Shown: in pieces, positions 49,506 through 61,608 of the stretch
How positions within the stretch are numbered: position 1 is the first letter of the stretch
Layout: each line of letters begins with the position of its first letter
DNA from: Muribaculaceae bacterium
Lineage (GTDB): Bacteria > Bacteroidota > Bacteroidia > Bacteroidales > G3-4614
Length of the DNA stretch: 64,000 nucleotides
Assembly (NCBI GenBank): GCA_017546805.1
Contig: JAFYRT010000028.1
Location: forward strand, 742 to 64,741
Direction of reading: 5' to 3'
Notes under the pieces: generated by a model
Seen by the model: the letters and a program-made list of their open reading frames with translations, nothing else
The model's database searches: none
Told to the model about the DNA's origin: nothing
Program-made: the position numbers and the translations under genes

Positions 49506-51527
<2,022 letters not shown>

Positions 51528-51669
51528 TTCAAACAACATATAACGAGAAAAGGCGATGTGTCATAATTGACAAACTACTGTGTTGTTTTCAATATTAGGG
51601 CTCAGTCATGTACATATGTACACTCCTTTCGCTCTAAATTTCAACGCCTTGTATTTTATCAATTCTTAC

Positions 51670-51723
51670 AAATCTTAAGAGGCTGTGTCAAAATTTGCAT
51701 TTTGACACAGCCTCTTAAGATTT
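51670..51723. terminator. Perfect 24-25 bp hairpin, bidirectional terminator between convergent gyrB and ade
   Basis: aatcttaagaggctgtgtcaaaat (51671-51694), loop ttgc, then attttgacacagcctcttaagatt (51699-51722). Confidence 0.75.
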
Positions 51724-51737
51724 ACATTGATTTAAGT

Positions 51738-53318
51738 TTACTTTACAAACTCGAATTTATCTACATCAAATAGTCCGCTTGCGGTTAATTTGAGCGCAGG
51801 TATTACGGGCAATGACATAAATGCCAAAGTCATAAGTGGAGATGTTAGTGGGCATCCCAATTCCTTAATCTTATTATGTAGAACAAGGTACTCTTCCGAA
51901 ACCTCATCAATAGAACCGTTTGACATCAGTCCTCCGACAGGAAGAGGTAGGGTGTATATCTGTTTTCCGTCCCAAACAGCCATACCTCCCTTCATCTCAA
52001 CAATAGCATCCACAACCTTTGCAATAGACTCATCATCATATCCTGCCACGGTTATATTGTGGCTGTCGTGACCTACGGTCGAACCAAATGCTCCGTGTCT
52101 TAAATTCAGTCCCTCTATAAGAGCAGAGGCTGGTTTTGCTCCCTTATGATATCTGTTATAGCAGATTATTTTGTTTAATCTCTCAGAGACATCATTTATG
52201 GTCAGGTGTCTTGTGTATAGTGAGTCCTGTACAATACCTATAATGTGATTAAAGTCAGGTTCGGGTATATCAGAAGCCGTTATGCTCTCTGCTTCAAAAT
52301 TGTTTACACTATCCTCAATATGTGAGTATTCAAGGTGTGATACCTCTTCTCCTTTAATATATGAAGCCTCAACCTCGAAATCCGATAGGTTGTTTACTAT
52401 TATGAAGTCTGCATCATCGCCCTCTCTTAACACTCCGAGTGGAAGATTGTAGTGTTCTACGGCATTGAGTGTTGCGGCTCTCAATACATTATATATATTG
52501 CATCCCTCTTTTACTGCCTCTTTAACCATTCTGTTGATATATCCCTTCTTCAAGTCGTAAGCTTTGTAGTCGTCGGTACATAGCAGAACAGATTTAGGGT
52601 ATTTGTCTATAAGAGGTATAAATGTGTCTAGTGATTTTGCCGAGCTTCCTTCGCGGATTTGTATCATCATTCCTGTGGCAATTTTTGCCTCCGCCCCTTT
52701 GATTGAAGTCTCTTCATGGTCGGTGGAGATGCCCATTCCGACGTAGTGTTTAAGTGCTTCACCCGATAATCCGGGGGCATGTCCGTCAATAGGTTTGCCG
52801 GCACTCTTTGCCGCTTCCAATTTAGCTATAACCTCGCGGTTTTTATACAGAACTCCGGGAACATTCATCATTTCGCTCAATCCAATGTATTTGTCGCTTT
52901 TGATTAGTTCACTTGTGGTTGCAGCATCAATCACTCCTCCTGCAATCTCAAAATCAACAGCAGGTACGCACGAGGGTAGAGTGTAGAATATTTTCATTGG
53001 GCTCTTTTCGGCACACTTGCACATAAAATCCAACCCATCCTTACCGCAAACGTTGGCAATCTCATGAGGGTCGCTTACCGATGCCAATGTGCCATGTTTT
53101 AATGCGTTGCGCCCAAATTCAATGGGGTTAAGCATAGAGCTTTCAATATGGCAATGTGAGTCTACAAAGCCGGGCATAATATATTTTTCGTTGCCATTTA
53201 GTTCGCTTTCATCTATTCTTTTTATAGATGCTATTTTATCCCCTGCTATTTCTATTTCGGCGGGGTATATCTCCTCTTTAACAATATCAACAAGTTTTCC
53301 TTTAACAGAGAATTCCAT
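51738..53318 (-). CDS. ade: Adenine deaminase
   Basis: 526 aa amidohydrolase. Motif PGFVDSHCHIESSML is typical of adenine deaminase. Confidence 0.85.
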   Translation of the reverse strand: MEFSVKGKLVDIVKEEIYPAEIEIAGDKIASIKRIDESELNGNEKYIMPGFVDSHCHIESSMLNPIEFGRNALKHGTLASVSDPHEIANVCGKDGLDFMCKCAEKSPMKIFYTLPSCVPAVDFEIAGGVIDAATTSELIKSDKYIGLSEMMNVPGVLYKNREVIAKLEAAKSAGKPIDGHAPGLSGEALKHYVGMGISTDHEETSIKGAEAKIATGMMIQIREGSSAKSLDTFIPLIDKYPKSVLLCTDDYKAYDLKKGYINRMVKEAVKEGCNIYNVLRAATLNAVEHYNLPLGVLREGDDADFIIVNNLSDFEVEASYIKGEEVSHLEYSHIEDSVNNFEAESITASDIPEPDFNHIIGIVQDSLYTRHLTINDVSERLNKIICYNRYHKGAKPASALIEGLNLRHGAFGSTVGHDSHNITVAGYDDESIAKVVDAIVEMKGGMAVWDGKQIYTLPLPVGGLMSNGSIDEVSEEYLVLHNKIKELGCPLTSPLMTLAFMSLPVIPALKLTASGLFDVDKFEFVK

Positions 53319-53333
53319 ATTCTTTTTGAATTG

Positions 53334-53369
53334 AAAAGGGGTTGCCGATAGTATATAAAGACAACCCCT
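53334..53369 (-). terminator. Weak candidate terminator after the long nagB-like gene
   Basis: aggggttg / caacccct is an 8-bp stem with a 17-nt loop. On the minus strand it is followed only by tttc. Confidence 0.35.
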
Positions 53370-53387
53370 CTTATATTAATTATCCTA

Positions 53388-55361
53388 TTATCGTATAGGG
53401 TGATACTCAACAAATGCCTCAATAGCCTCGTACGAAGCCAAGCCTAATTTAGAATATAGTTCGGCAGTTGCTTTGTTTCTGTCCTCGGCACGTTGCCAGA
53501 ACAAACGCTCGTCGTTTCCAAGGAATGGAGCATTCTCCATTTGAGATTGGTGTTTAAGAATTGAGTTGCGTTTTTGACGAAGTTCCTCGGGGCTGATAGG
53601 CACTGCCATTTCAATATAGTCAATATCCCATTCTGCCCAAGCACCGCGGTACATCCATACTTTACAGTTCTTCATCCACTCTTCGTCTTTAACCTCGTCA
53701 ATAGCGGCTAAAACTGCATCCAAACAAACTCGGTGGGTTCCGTGTGGGTCTGCAAGGTCTCCTGCCACGAACATTTGATCGGGTTTTACGTCAAGAAGAA
53801 GCTTTTTGACGATGTCAACGTCGGCTCTGCCTAATGTTCCTTTTTTGATTGTTCCTGTTTCGTAGAAAGGAAGTGCAAGGAAGTGAACATTTTCAGGCTT
53901 AACACCAACATAAGAGCATGCAGTACGAGCCTCTGCTCTACGAATCATGCCTTTCATGTAGCGAGCCTCAGGAATATCTATATCTCCATCTTTCTTAGCA
54001 GCAACAGCAGCTGTGATGGCATCAAGACGTTCTTTGATTCCCGGTGTCGCAAACTCAAACTCTTCTGCAATACTGTTCATAAGCAAAACGTAGCGCATCA
54101 TATCTTCATCGCCAACGGCAATATTACCAGATGTCTCGTATGCAACGTGAACGTTATGTTTTTGGTTTACCAAACGTTGAAGAGTTCCTCCCATAGAGAT
54201 AACATCGTCATCGGGGTGAGGGCTGAATACGATAACCTTTTTGGGATATGGTTTTGCACGCTCGGGACGATAAGTGTCGTCAGTGTCGGGTTTACCTCCG
54301 GGCCATCCTGTAATGGTGTGTTGCAAATCGTTGAAGATTTTTATGTTAACTTCGTACGCCGATTTGTATAGAGCAAGCAATTCGCTCAATCCGTGGTCGT
54401 TATAATCTTTATTTGTAAGTTTTAGAATAGGTTTGTTTGTTTCGTTGCACAACCAAACAATGGCTCTGCGGATAAGTTGGTCGTTCCATTCGCATGATGA
54501 AACCAACCAAGGTTTACTTATGCGTGTAAGTTTTTCAGCAGCAGCAAGGTCAACAACAAAACGTGCACGTTTCACGGTTTGTAAGAAACTTGCAGGAACA
54601 GCATCCGAAACAGCTCCTTCAACCGCGTTTTTAAGGCTCGATGCAACCTCTTCGCCCCATGCTACAACAAAAGTTTCTTTTGCATTCAATAGAGTAGAGA
54701 CTCCCATTGTTATCGCACTTGTAATGCGTTTGTCGTTAGTTTGGAACACTCTTGATACAAGATTTTGAGATTCGTTGCTCAATAGCATCAAACGAGTGGT
54801 AGAACTCAATTGAGAACCCGGTTCATTAAAAGAGAGTGCACCTGCTTGTCCAAGTTCAAGAAGAGTAATATCCAATCCGCCAAATTTGGCGATAGTCTCT
54901 TCATATTGTTTGCAATATTCAAATACGTTATCGCCTGTTTTAGGTGTAAACACATTTTCCGGATTAATATCGACTTTGTCGATAAAGTTCTCTTTTAGTA
55001 CACTTAATGTGCTTTTCTCACCTTCAACTGCAGAATAGAAGTCGCTGACATTGAATATAACGGTATTTGCAAAACTAAATCCGTTGGCTTTGTGCATCTC
55101 AACCAATTCGTTGTAGACCGAGTGGGTTCCTAATCCCCAACCCAAAGCCATAACGCATTTGCGATTTTCGCTATTACATTTTTCGATAATCGCCGCAATT
55201 TTTTTTGCTACATGAGCAGCACCGCCTTCAGCGCTCTCAAACACCTCTGTAAAAACTTTCTCAAATCGAGATAAAGCAGTAAGCTCTATGACATTATCCG
55301 GAGCATAATATCTTTTGGGAACTCTGTCTAATTTAATTTGAGAGCTCAAATTAGTTTTCAT
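53388..55361 (-). CDS. Long glucosamine-6-phosphate deaminase-like protein fused to a LmbE/PIG-L-type deacetylase domain
   Basis: 657 aa. The N-terminal NagB-like fold carries LLELGQAGALSFNEPGS. The C-terminal domain carries VFSPHPDDDVISMGG (PIG-L/LmbE motif). Confidence 0.8.
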   Translation of the reverse strand: MKTNLSSQIKLDRVPKRYYAPDNVIELTALSRFEKVFTEVFESAEGGAAHVAKKIAAIIEKCNSENRKCVMALGWGLGTHSVYNELVEMHKANGFSFANTVIFNVSDFYSAVEGEKSTLSVLKENFIDKVDINPENVFTPKTGDNVFEYCKQYEETIAKFGGLDITLLELGQAGALSFNEPGSQLSSTTRLMLLSNESQNLVSRVFQTNDKRITSAITMGVSTLLNAKETFVVAWGEEVASSLKNAVEGAVSDAVPASFLQTVKRARFVVDLAAAEKLTRISKPWLVSSCEWNDQLIRRAIVWLCNETNKPILKLTNKDYNDHGLSELLALYKSAYEVNIKIFNDLQHTITGWPGGKPDTDDTYRPERAKPYPKKVIVFSPHPDDDVISMGGTLQRLVNQKHNVHVAYETSGNIAVGDEDMMRYVLLMNSIAEEFEFATPGIKERLDAITAAVAAKKDGDIDIPEARYMKGMIRRAEARTACSYVGVKPENVHFLALPFYETGTIKKGTLGRADVDIVKKLLLDVKPDQMFVAGDLADPHGTHRVCLDAVLAAIDEVKDEEWMKNCKVWMYRGAWAEWDIDYIEMAVPISPEELRQKRNSILKHQSQMENAPFLGNDERLFWQRAEDRNKATAELYSKLGLASYEAIEAFVEYHPIR

Positions 55362-55418
55362 AATTCTTTCAATATTTAGTTAGAAAATTTTTTTCAAAAA
55401 AATATCATATGCAATTAG

Positions 55419-55426
55419 CAAAGTTA
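55419..55426 (-). promoter_or_regulatory. Bacteroidota -7 box (minus strand) for the long nagB-like gene
   Basis: Plus-strand caaagtta equals minus-strand taactttg, 58 nt upstream of the ATG at 55361. Confidence 0.35.
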
Positions 55427-55562
55427 TACGTTAAAAAAAGGAATTCAAAACTTTTTCGTGTAAAATTTGATGTACAATTGTAAAAAATGTAAAACTTGAA
55501 AATTTGGCTCAAAATTCATAAAATAGTGCTATAAATATCCCTCTCTTTATAATTTTAATTTA

Positions 55563-55570
55563 TACCTTTG
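55563..55570 (+). promoter_or_regulatory. Bacteroidota -7 box for nagB
   Basis: tacctttg, ~105 nt upstream of the ATG at 55676. Confidence 0.35.
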
Positions 55571-55675
55571 TACTTTAAGTGGCAAAGTGTGCTTTTGTGT
55601 AAGAGAATGCTCATGTTTGCTTCAGTTAATTTAGGATAAACTATTTAAAAAACAACCATAAAAAATTAAACGATT

Positions 55676-56485
55676 ATGAGACTTATTATTCAACCCGATT
55701 ACGAGAACGTATCACGTTGGGCTGCAAACTATGTAGCATCTCGTATCAATGCATTTAACCCCACAGCGGAGAAACCATTTATTTTAGGATTGCCAACAGG
55801 ATCATCACCTCTTGGAATGTATAAAGCTCTTATTGAGTTGAACAAAAAAGGTGTTGTGTCGTTCAAAAACGTAATCACATTCAATATGGATGAGTATATA
55901 GGTCTTCCTAAAGAGCATCCACAAAGCTACCACTCATTCATGTGGAACAACTTCTTCAACCACATCGATATCAATCCTGAGAATGTAAACATTCTTAACG
56001 GAAATGCAGAGGATCCTGAAGCAGAGTGCAAAGCTTACGAGGAGAAAATTGCAAAATTGGGAGGTATTGATTTGTTCTTGGGAGGTATCGGCCCCGACGG
56101 ACATATCGCATTCAACGAGCCAGGTTCTTCTTTGACATCACGCACAAGAATCAAAACCCTTACAACAGATACAATCATTGCAAACTCACGTTTCTTTGAG
56201 AACGACGTAAACAAAGTTCCCAAAACAGCGTTGACTGTAGGTGTAGGTACAATCATGTCTGCAAAAAGCGTATTGATTATTGTGAACGGACACAACAAAG
56301 CTCGCGCTCTTAAACATGGAGTAGAGGGTAGTGTATCTCAAATGTGGACAATCAGTGCATTGCAACAACACGAGAAGAGCATTATCGTTTGTGACGAAGA
56401 TGCAACAGCTGAATTGACAGTTGGTACATACAAATATTTCAAAGATATTGAAAAAGAGAACTTAAATCCCGATTCATTGCTATAA
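55676..56485 (+). CDS. nagB: Glucosamine-6-phosphate deaminase (canonical)
   Basis: 269 aa. Motifs [18 protein letters not shown] and [16 protein letters not shown]. Confidence 0.93.
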   Translation: MRLIIQPDYENVSRWAANYVASRINAFNPTAEKPFILGLPTGSSPLGMYKALIELNKKGVVSFKNVITFNMDEYIGLPKEHPQSYHSFMWNNFFNHIDINPENVNILNGNAEDPEAECKAYEEKIAKLGGIDLFLGGIGPDGHIAFNEPGSSLTSRTRIKTLTTDTIIANSRFFENDVNKVPKTALTVGVGTIMSAKSVLIIVNGHNKARALKHGVEGSVSQMWTISALQQHEKSIIVCDEDATAELTVGTYKYFKDIEKENLNPDSLL

Positions 56486-56525
56486 TCGCAAGGCAATAGG
56501 CAAAGGATTTATTTGATTCTGATTG

Positions 56526-57536
56526 ATGAGGAAAAAAATTTTAATTACCGGAGCCGGTGGATTTATAGGCAGTTATTTGGTTGAAGAGGCCCTCAATAGA
56601 GGATTTGAGGTTTATGCAGGTGTGCGCTCTTCAACAAGTCTCGAATATTTGCAGGACGAAAGAATTAACTTTATAACATTCGATTTTGCAAATAGAGAGA
56701 AACTTGCAGAGGAGATAAACGAGTTTGTCAAGACAAACGGTAAGTGGGACTATATTGTTCACAACATGGGTGTGACAAAGGCTTTGAACCATTCAATGTT
56801 TGACAAGATAAACTATGCTTATTTACGAATATTCGTAGATACTCTTATCTCAACGGGGAATGTTCCGGAGAAGTTTATATATATGAGCAGTTTGAGCGCA
56901 TGGCGTTCAGATACAAAAGAGCTTTATGATATCAACGACAAGGAACATCCATATCCATCATCGGCGTATGGAAGAAGCAAATTCAGGGGTGAACTCTATT
57001 TGCGTTCTCTAAAAGGTTTTCCTTTTGTTGCGTTGCGTCCCACAGGGGTGTATGGGCCAAGAGAGAGGGACTATTTCGAGATGGTAAAACTTATCAAGAA
57101 AGGATTGGATATAACAGTGGGGTTTGAACCTCAATATCTTACATTTATTTATGTAAAAGATTTGGTAAAAGCAGTATTCCTCGCCCTCGAAAAAGGACGA
57201 GATGGCGAGGGATACTTCCTTACCGATGGAGTAGAGTGTTATACACAAAAAGATTTTGGACGGTTGGTGGCAAATGCACTTGGCAAAAAGATGTTATTGC
57301 CAATAACAGTGCCACTTGGGCTGTGTGAATTAGTGTGTAATCTATCCGAAAAATTTGCGAGTAGCAAGAAAATACCTGTATTAAACAGGGATAAATATCA
57401 AATACTAAAACAACGAAATTGGACCTGCGACACGTCAAAAGCCAAAAACGATCTTGGATACGTTGCAGATTATGACCTTGAAAAGGGCGTGAACGAATGT
57501 ATAGCGTGGTATAAAGAGAATGGTTGGCTAAAGTAA
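56526..57536 (+). CDS. NAD-dependent epimerase/dehydratase family (SDR) protein
   Basis: The ORF opens at TTG 56523, with ATG at 56526. Rossmann motif ITGAGGFIGSY and YxxxK motif YGRSK. Confidence 0.8.
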   Translation: MRKKILITGAGGFIGSYLVEEALNRGFEVYAGVRSSTSLEYLQDERINFITFDFANREKLAEEINEFVKTNGKWDYIVHNMGVTKALNHSMFDKINYAYLRIFVDTLISTGNVPEKFIYMSSLSAWRSDTKELYDINDKEHPYPSSAYGRSKFRGELYLRSLKGFPFVALRPTGVYGPRERDYFEMVKLIKKGLDITVGFEPQYLTFIYVKDLVKAVFLALEKGRDGEGYFLTDGVECYTQKDFGRLVANALGKKMLLPITVPLGLCELVCNLSEKFASSKKIPVLNRDKYQILKQRNWTCDTSKAKNDLGYVADYDLEKGVNECIAWYKENGWLK

Positions 57537-57578
57537 TCATATAATGGTTACGCAAGGTTGCCGCATAAAATATGCGAT

Positions 57579-59144
57579 ATGGTTTACAAATATGATTTTT
57601 TGGTGATAGGTTCCGGAATAGCCGGAATGAGTTTTGCCTTAAAAGTAGCAGAAAAAGGCAGGGTAGGAATAATATGTAAAACAGGGATTTCGGAGGCAAA
57701 TACCTTTTATGCACAGGGAGGAATAGCATCAGTAACCAAGCCCACCGATAACTTTGAGAAACATATTGAAGATACACTTATTTGCGGCGGAGGGCTGTGT
57801 AACAGAGATGCCGTTGAGAAAGTTGTGAGAGAAGCTCCCGCTCAAATTGAGGAGTTGGTAAATTGGGGTGTAAATTTTGACCGAGACGAGAAGGGTCGTT
57901 TCGACCTTCATCGAGAGGGAGGACACTCCGAATTTCGTATTTTACACCATAGAGACAATACGGGGCAGGAAATACAGGATAGTTTGATAAGGGCTATAAA
58001 ACGTCATCCAAAAATAGAACTGTTCGAGAATAATTTTGCTGTGGAACTTATTACTCAACACCATCTTGGCGTTGAGGTGACACGTCAAACTCCCGATATA
58101 ACATGCTATGGAGTATATGTTCTAAATCAAGAGACAAACAGAGTAGATACTTTCCTATCAAAAACCACAATCATTGCAACAGGAGGTGTGGGTAATGTCT
58201 ATAAAACCACAACCAATCCAACGGTGGCAACAGGCGATGGCATAGCAATGGTGTATCGAGCAAAAGGAGAGGTTAGTGATATGGAGTTTATCCAATTTCA
58301 CCCAACAGCTCTATACAATCCGGGAGAGCGTCCAAGCTTTTTGATAACCGAGGCAATGCGCGGTTATGGAGGAGTGTTGCGAACAAAAGATGGCAAGGAG
58401 TTTATGCAGAAGTATGACGAGCGTAAATCTCTTGCACCTCGCGACATTGTGGCTCGTGCCATAGACAATGAAATGAAAACTCGAGGAGATGAGTGCGTAT
58501 ATCTCGATGTAACCCATAAGGATGCAGAGGAGACAAAATCTCACTTCCCAAATATATACAGCAAGTGTCTGTCGTTAGGAATAGACATAACAAAAGATTA
58601 CATACCGGTAGCTCCGGCCGCACACTATCTATGTGGGGGAATAAAAGTTGATTTGAATGCGTGTTCTTCAATAAAGAATCTATATGCCTTTGGAGAGTGT
58701 GCTTGTACAGGATTGCATGGCGGTAATCGCTTGGCTTCTAACTCATTGATTGAGGCTGTTGTTTATGCCGATGCTGCAGCAAAACACGCTGTGGAGGCAA
58801 TAAAAGATATAGAACTTCGCGAGGATATCCCTGCATGGAACGACGAAGGAACAACTCAACCCGAGGAGATGGTCTTGATAACACAAAGTCTGCGAGAGGT
58901 TGAACAGTTGATGTCGGCATACGTAGGAATTGTGCGTTCCGATTTGCGTTTGCAACGAGCATTGGACAGGCTGAATATACTCTATAAAGAGACCGAAAAT
59001 CTCTTCCAACGTTCGGTTGTTACAAGTCAGATATGCGAGTTACGTAATAAAATAAATGTTGGCTATCTGATTATAAAACAAGCCATGGCACGCAAGGAGA
59101 GTGTGGGATTGCACTACACAATAGATTATCCGCCTAAAAACTAA
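57579..59144 (+). CDS. nadB: L-aspartate oxidase
   Basis: The ORF opens at TTG 57558, with ATG at 57579 (MVYKYDFLVIGSGIAGM). Motifs HREGGHS and CTGLHGGNRLASNSLIE. Confidence 0.9.
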   Translation: MVYKYDFLVIGSGIAGMSFALKVAEKGRVGIICKTGISEANTFYAQGGIASVTKPTDNFEKHIEDTLICGGGLCNRDAVEKVVREAPAQIEELVNWGVNFDRDEKGRFDLHREGGHSEFRILHHRDNTGQEIQDSLIRAIKRHPKIELFENNFAVELITQHHLGVEVTRQTPDITCYGVYVLNQETNRVDTFLSKTTIIATGGVGNVYKTTTNPTVATGDGIAMVYRAKGEVSDMEFIQFHPTALYNPGERPSFLITEAMRGYGGVLRTKDGKEFMQKYDERKSLAPRDIVARAIDNEMKTRGDECVYLDVTHKDAEETKSHFPNIYSKCLSLGIDITKDYIPVAPAAHYLCGGIKVDLNACSSIKNLYAFGECACTGLHGGNRLASNSLIEAVVYADAAAKHAVEAIKDIELREDIPAWNDEGTTQPEEMVLITQSLREVEQLMSAYVGIVRSDLRLQRALDRLNILYKETENLFQRSVVTSQICELRNKINVGYLIIKQAMARKESVGLHYTIDYPPKN

Positions 59145-59298
59145 AGTAACAGTATAATCCAACATAAAAAACGTTTCGGCTTACTTGGGAGAATCGAGTA
59201 GGTCGAAATTGTTTATATAGAGATATTTTAATAAAATAAATAAGCTGGTTTTCATTAAAAATTTGTATCTTCGCAGATACGCTAAATTATACTCGAAT

Positions 59299-61167
59299 AT
59301 GGCAGAAGATATAGAACTTAAGAAGCAAGAGGTAAATTACGATGGTGAAGATATAAAAACTCTCGATTGGAAAGAGCATATACGTCTTCGCCCTGGTATG
59401 TATATCGGAAAATTAGGAGATGGTTCACATGCCGATGATGGAATATATGTACTCCTAAAAGAGGTGATGGACAATGCCATAGATGAGTATATGATGGGCT
59501 TTGGTTCTCAAGTGGAGGTGAACATCTCCGAGAATAGCGTGGAGGTTCGCGACTATGGTCGAGGAGTTCCTCTTGATAAGGTTAAGGATGTGTCATCAAA
59601 GATGAACACAGGAGCAAAGTACGACTCTAAAGCCTTCAAAAAATCAGTTGGATTGAATGGCGTGGGTATCAAGGCGGTTAATGCTTTGTCAACAAATTTC
59701 AGAATAGTGGCATTCCGCGATGGACAATGCAAAGAGGTTGTATACGAAAAAGGTTCTGTGGTTCTTGATGCTCCTATTACTGAAACAAACGAGAAGAACG
59801 GAACATTGGTTCAGTTTACCCCCGATAACGACGCAAAGATATTTGCGAACTACTCATTTAACGAGGAGTATGTTGAGAACCTTCTTAAGAACTACTCATA
59901 TCTGAACAGTGGCTTATCTATATTCTTCAATGGACGCAAGTTCTATTCAAGAGGAGGATTATTGGACCTTTTGAACGATAAGATGACTGCAGATCCACTA
60001 TACCCTATAATTCACCTAAAGGGAGACGATATAGAGGTTGTTTTGACACACTGCGACCAATATGGAGAGGAGTATTACTCATTTGTAAATGGGCAACATA
60101 CAACACAAGGAGGAACACACCTTTCGGCATTTCGCGAGGCTGCAACACGCACAATAAAAGAGTTCTTCAATAAAAACTTCGAGTTCTCAGATATCCGAAA
60201 CGGAATGGTTGCTGCGGTAAGCATCAAGGTTGAGGAGCCTGTATTTGAGTCACAAACAAAAACCAAGTTGGGTTCAAAAGATATGGGGCCCGATGGACCT
60301 ACAATAGGAAAGTTCTTAAATGACTTTTTAAAGAAAGAGTTGGATAACTATCTTCACCGTCAACCCGAAACAGCAGAACTCATGTTGAAGAAGGTTCAGG
60401 AGTCGGAGAAGGAGCGTAAAGCCATCGCAGGAGTAACCAAACTTGCGCGAGAGCGTTCAAAAAAGGCAAATCTGCATAATAAAAAATTGCGAGATTGCCG
60501 TATTCACTTAAGCGATGCCAAAGGTGAAGACAGAGATAAATCAACTCTCTTTATTACTGAGGGAGACTCAGCTTCGGGTTCAATTACAAAGAGCCGTAAT
60601 GCAGAGACACAAGCTGTCTTCAGTTTACGAGGAAAACCTCTAAACTCATACGGTTTAACCAGAAAAGTAGTGTATGAGAATGAGGAGTTTAACCTGTTGC
60701 AAGCCGCGCTTGATATTGAGGAGGGACTTGAAGGATTGCGTTATAACCGAATAGTGATAGCAACCGATGCCGACGTTGACGGAATGCACATAAGAATGTT
60801 GTTGTTGACCTTCTTCCTACAATTCTTTCCCGAGCTTGTAAAGAAAGGACATGTGTATATATTGCAAACCCCGTTGTTCCGCGTGCGTAACAAAAAAGAG
60901 ACATACTATTGCTATACCGAAGAGGAGCGATTGGCGGCAATAGAGAAGGTTGGAGCACATCCCGAGATAACCCGATTCAAAGGACTTGGCGAGATTTCTG
61001 CTTCGGAGTTTGCCAACTTCATAGGCCCCGATATGAGACTCGACCCTGTTTCGTTAAACAAACAAGACTCTGTATCGGGAATGTTGGAGTTCTATATGGG
61101 TAAAAACACAATGGAGCGTCAAAACTTTATTATAGATAATTTGGTGACCGATGAAGAACTCTCGTAA
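59299..61167 (+). CDS. parE: DNA topoisomerase IV subunit B
   Basis: The ORF opens at TTG 59263, with ATG at 59299 (MAEDIELKK). Motifs [18 protein letters not shown] and [12 protein letters not shown]. It is shorter than GyrB. Confidence 0.88.
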   Translation: MAEDIELKKQEVNYDGEDIKTLDWKEHIRLRPGMYIGKLGDGSHADDGIYVLLKEVMDNAIDEYMMGFGSQVEVNISENSVEVRDYGRGVPLDKVKDVSSKMNTGAKYDSKAFKKSVGLNGVGIKAVNALSTNFRIVAFRDGQCKEVVYEKGSVVLDAPITETNEKNGTLVQFTPDNDAKIFANYSFNEEYVENLLKNYSYLNSGLSIFFNGRKFYSRGGLLDLLNDKMTADPLYPIIHLKGDDIEVVLTHCDQYGEEYYSFVNGQHTTQGGTHLSAFREAATRTIKEFFNKNFEFSDIRNGMVAAVSIKVEEPVFESQTKTKLGSKDMGPDGPTIGKFLNDFLKKELDNYLHRQPETAELMLKKVQESEKERKAIAGVTKLARERSKKANLHNKKLRDCRIHLSDAKGEDRDKSTLFITEGDSASGSITKSRNAETQAVFSLRGKPLNSYGLTRKVVYENEEFNLLQAALDIEEGLEGLRYNRIVIATDADVDGMHIRMLLLTFFLQFFPELVKKGHVYILQTPLFRVRNKKETYYCYTEEERLAAIEKVGAHPEITRFKGLGEISASEFANFIGPDMRLDPVSLNKQDSVSGMLEFYMGKNTMERQNFIIDNLVTDEELS

Positions 61168-61600
61168 AACACTACTATTTCCCGGCAGTTTCGACCCCTT
61201 TACCATAGGACACAAATGGGTTGTTGATAAGGCACTTGCTATTGCTGACAGAGTTGTAATTGCAATAGGGGTGAATGAGAATAAAAAGAGAACCTTTGCC
61301 ATAGAGGAGGTTGAGGTTGCGATAAAAAATGTATATGCCGAAAACCCGCAAGTAGAGGTTGTTACATATTCAGGTCTGACTGTTGATATTGCAAAAGAGG
61401 TTGGAGCCGATGCAATAGTGAGAGGTGTGCGTTCGACAATAGATTTTGAGTATGAGAAGAATATTGCCGATATAAACAGAGAGCTATCGGGAGTTGAAAC
61501 AATACTGTTGTTTACACATCCAACCCTTTCACATATAAGTTCATCGATGGTTCGAGAATTAAACCATTTCGGACACGATGTATCTAAATATATACCATAA
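61151..61600 (+). CDS. coaD: Phosphopantetheine adenylyltransferase
   Basis: 149 aa. Motifs [13 protein letters not shown] and ISSSMVRE. It overlaps parE by 17 nt. Confidence 0.92.
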   Translation: MKNSRKTLLFPGSFDPFTIGHKWVVDKALAIADRVVIAIGVNENKKRTFAIEEVEVAIKNVYAENPQVEVVTYSGLTVDIAKEVGADAIVRGVRSTIDFEYEKNIADINRELSGVETILLFTHPTLSHISSSMVRELNHFGHDVSKYIP

Positions 61601-61608
61601 CAAAAAAT

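Noticed and set aside
51567-51773. 68 aa plus-strand ORF between gyrB and ade.
   Set aside because: It spans the 24-bp terminator hairpin and runs into the 3' end of ade on the opposite strand. It has no coding-like features.
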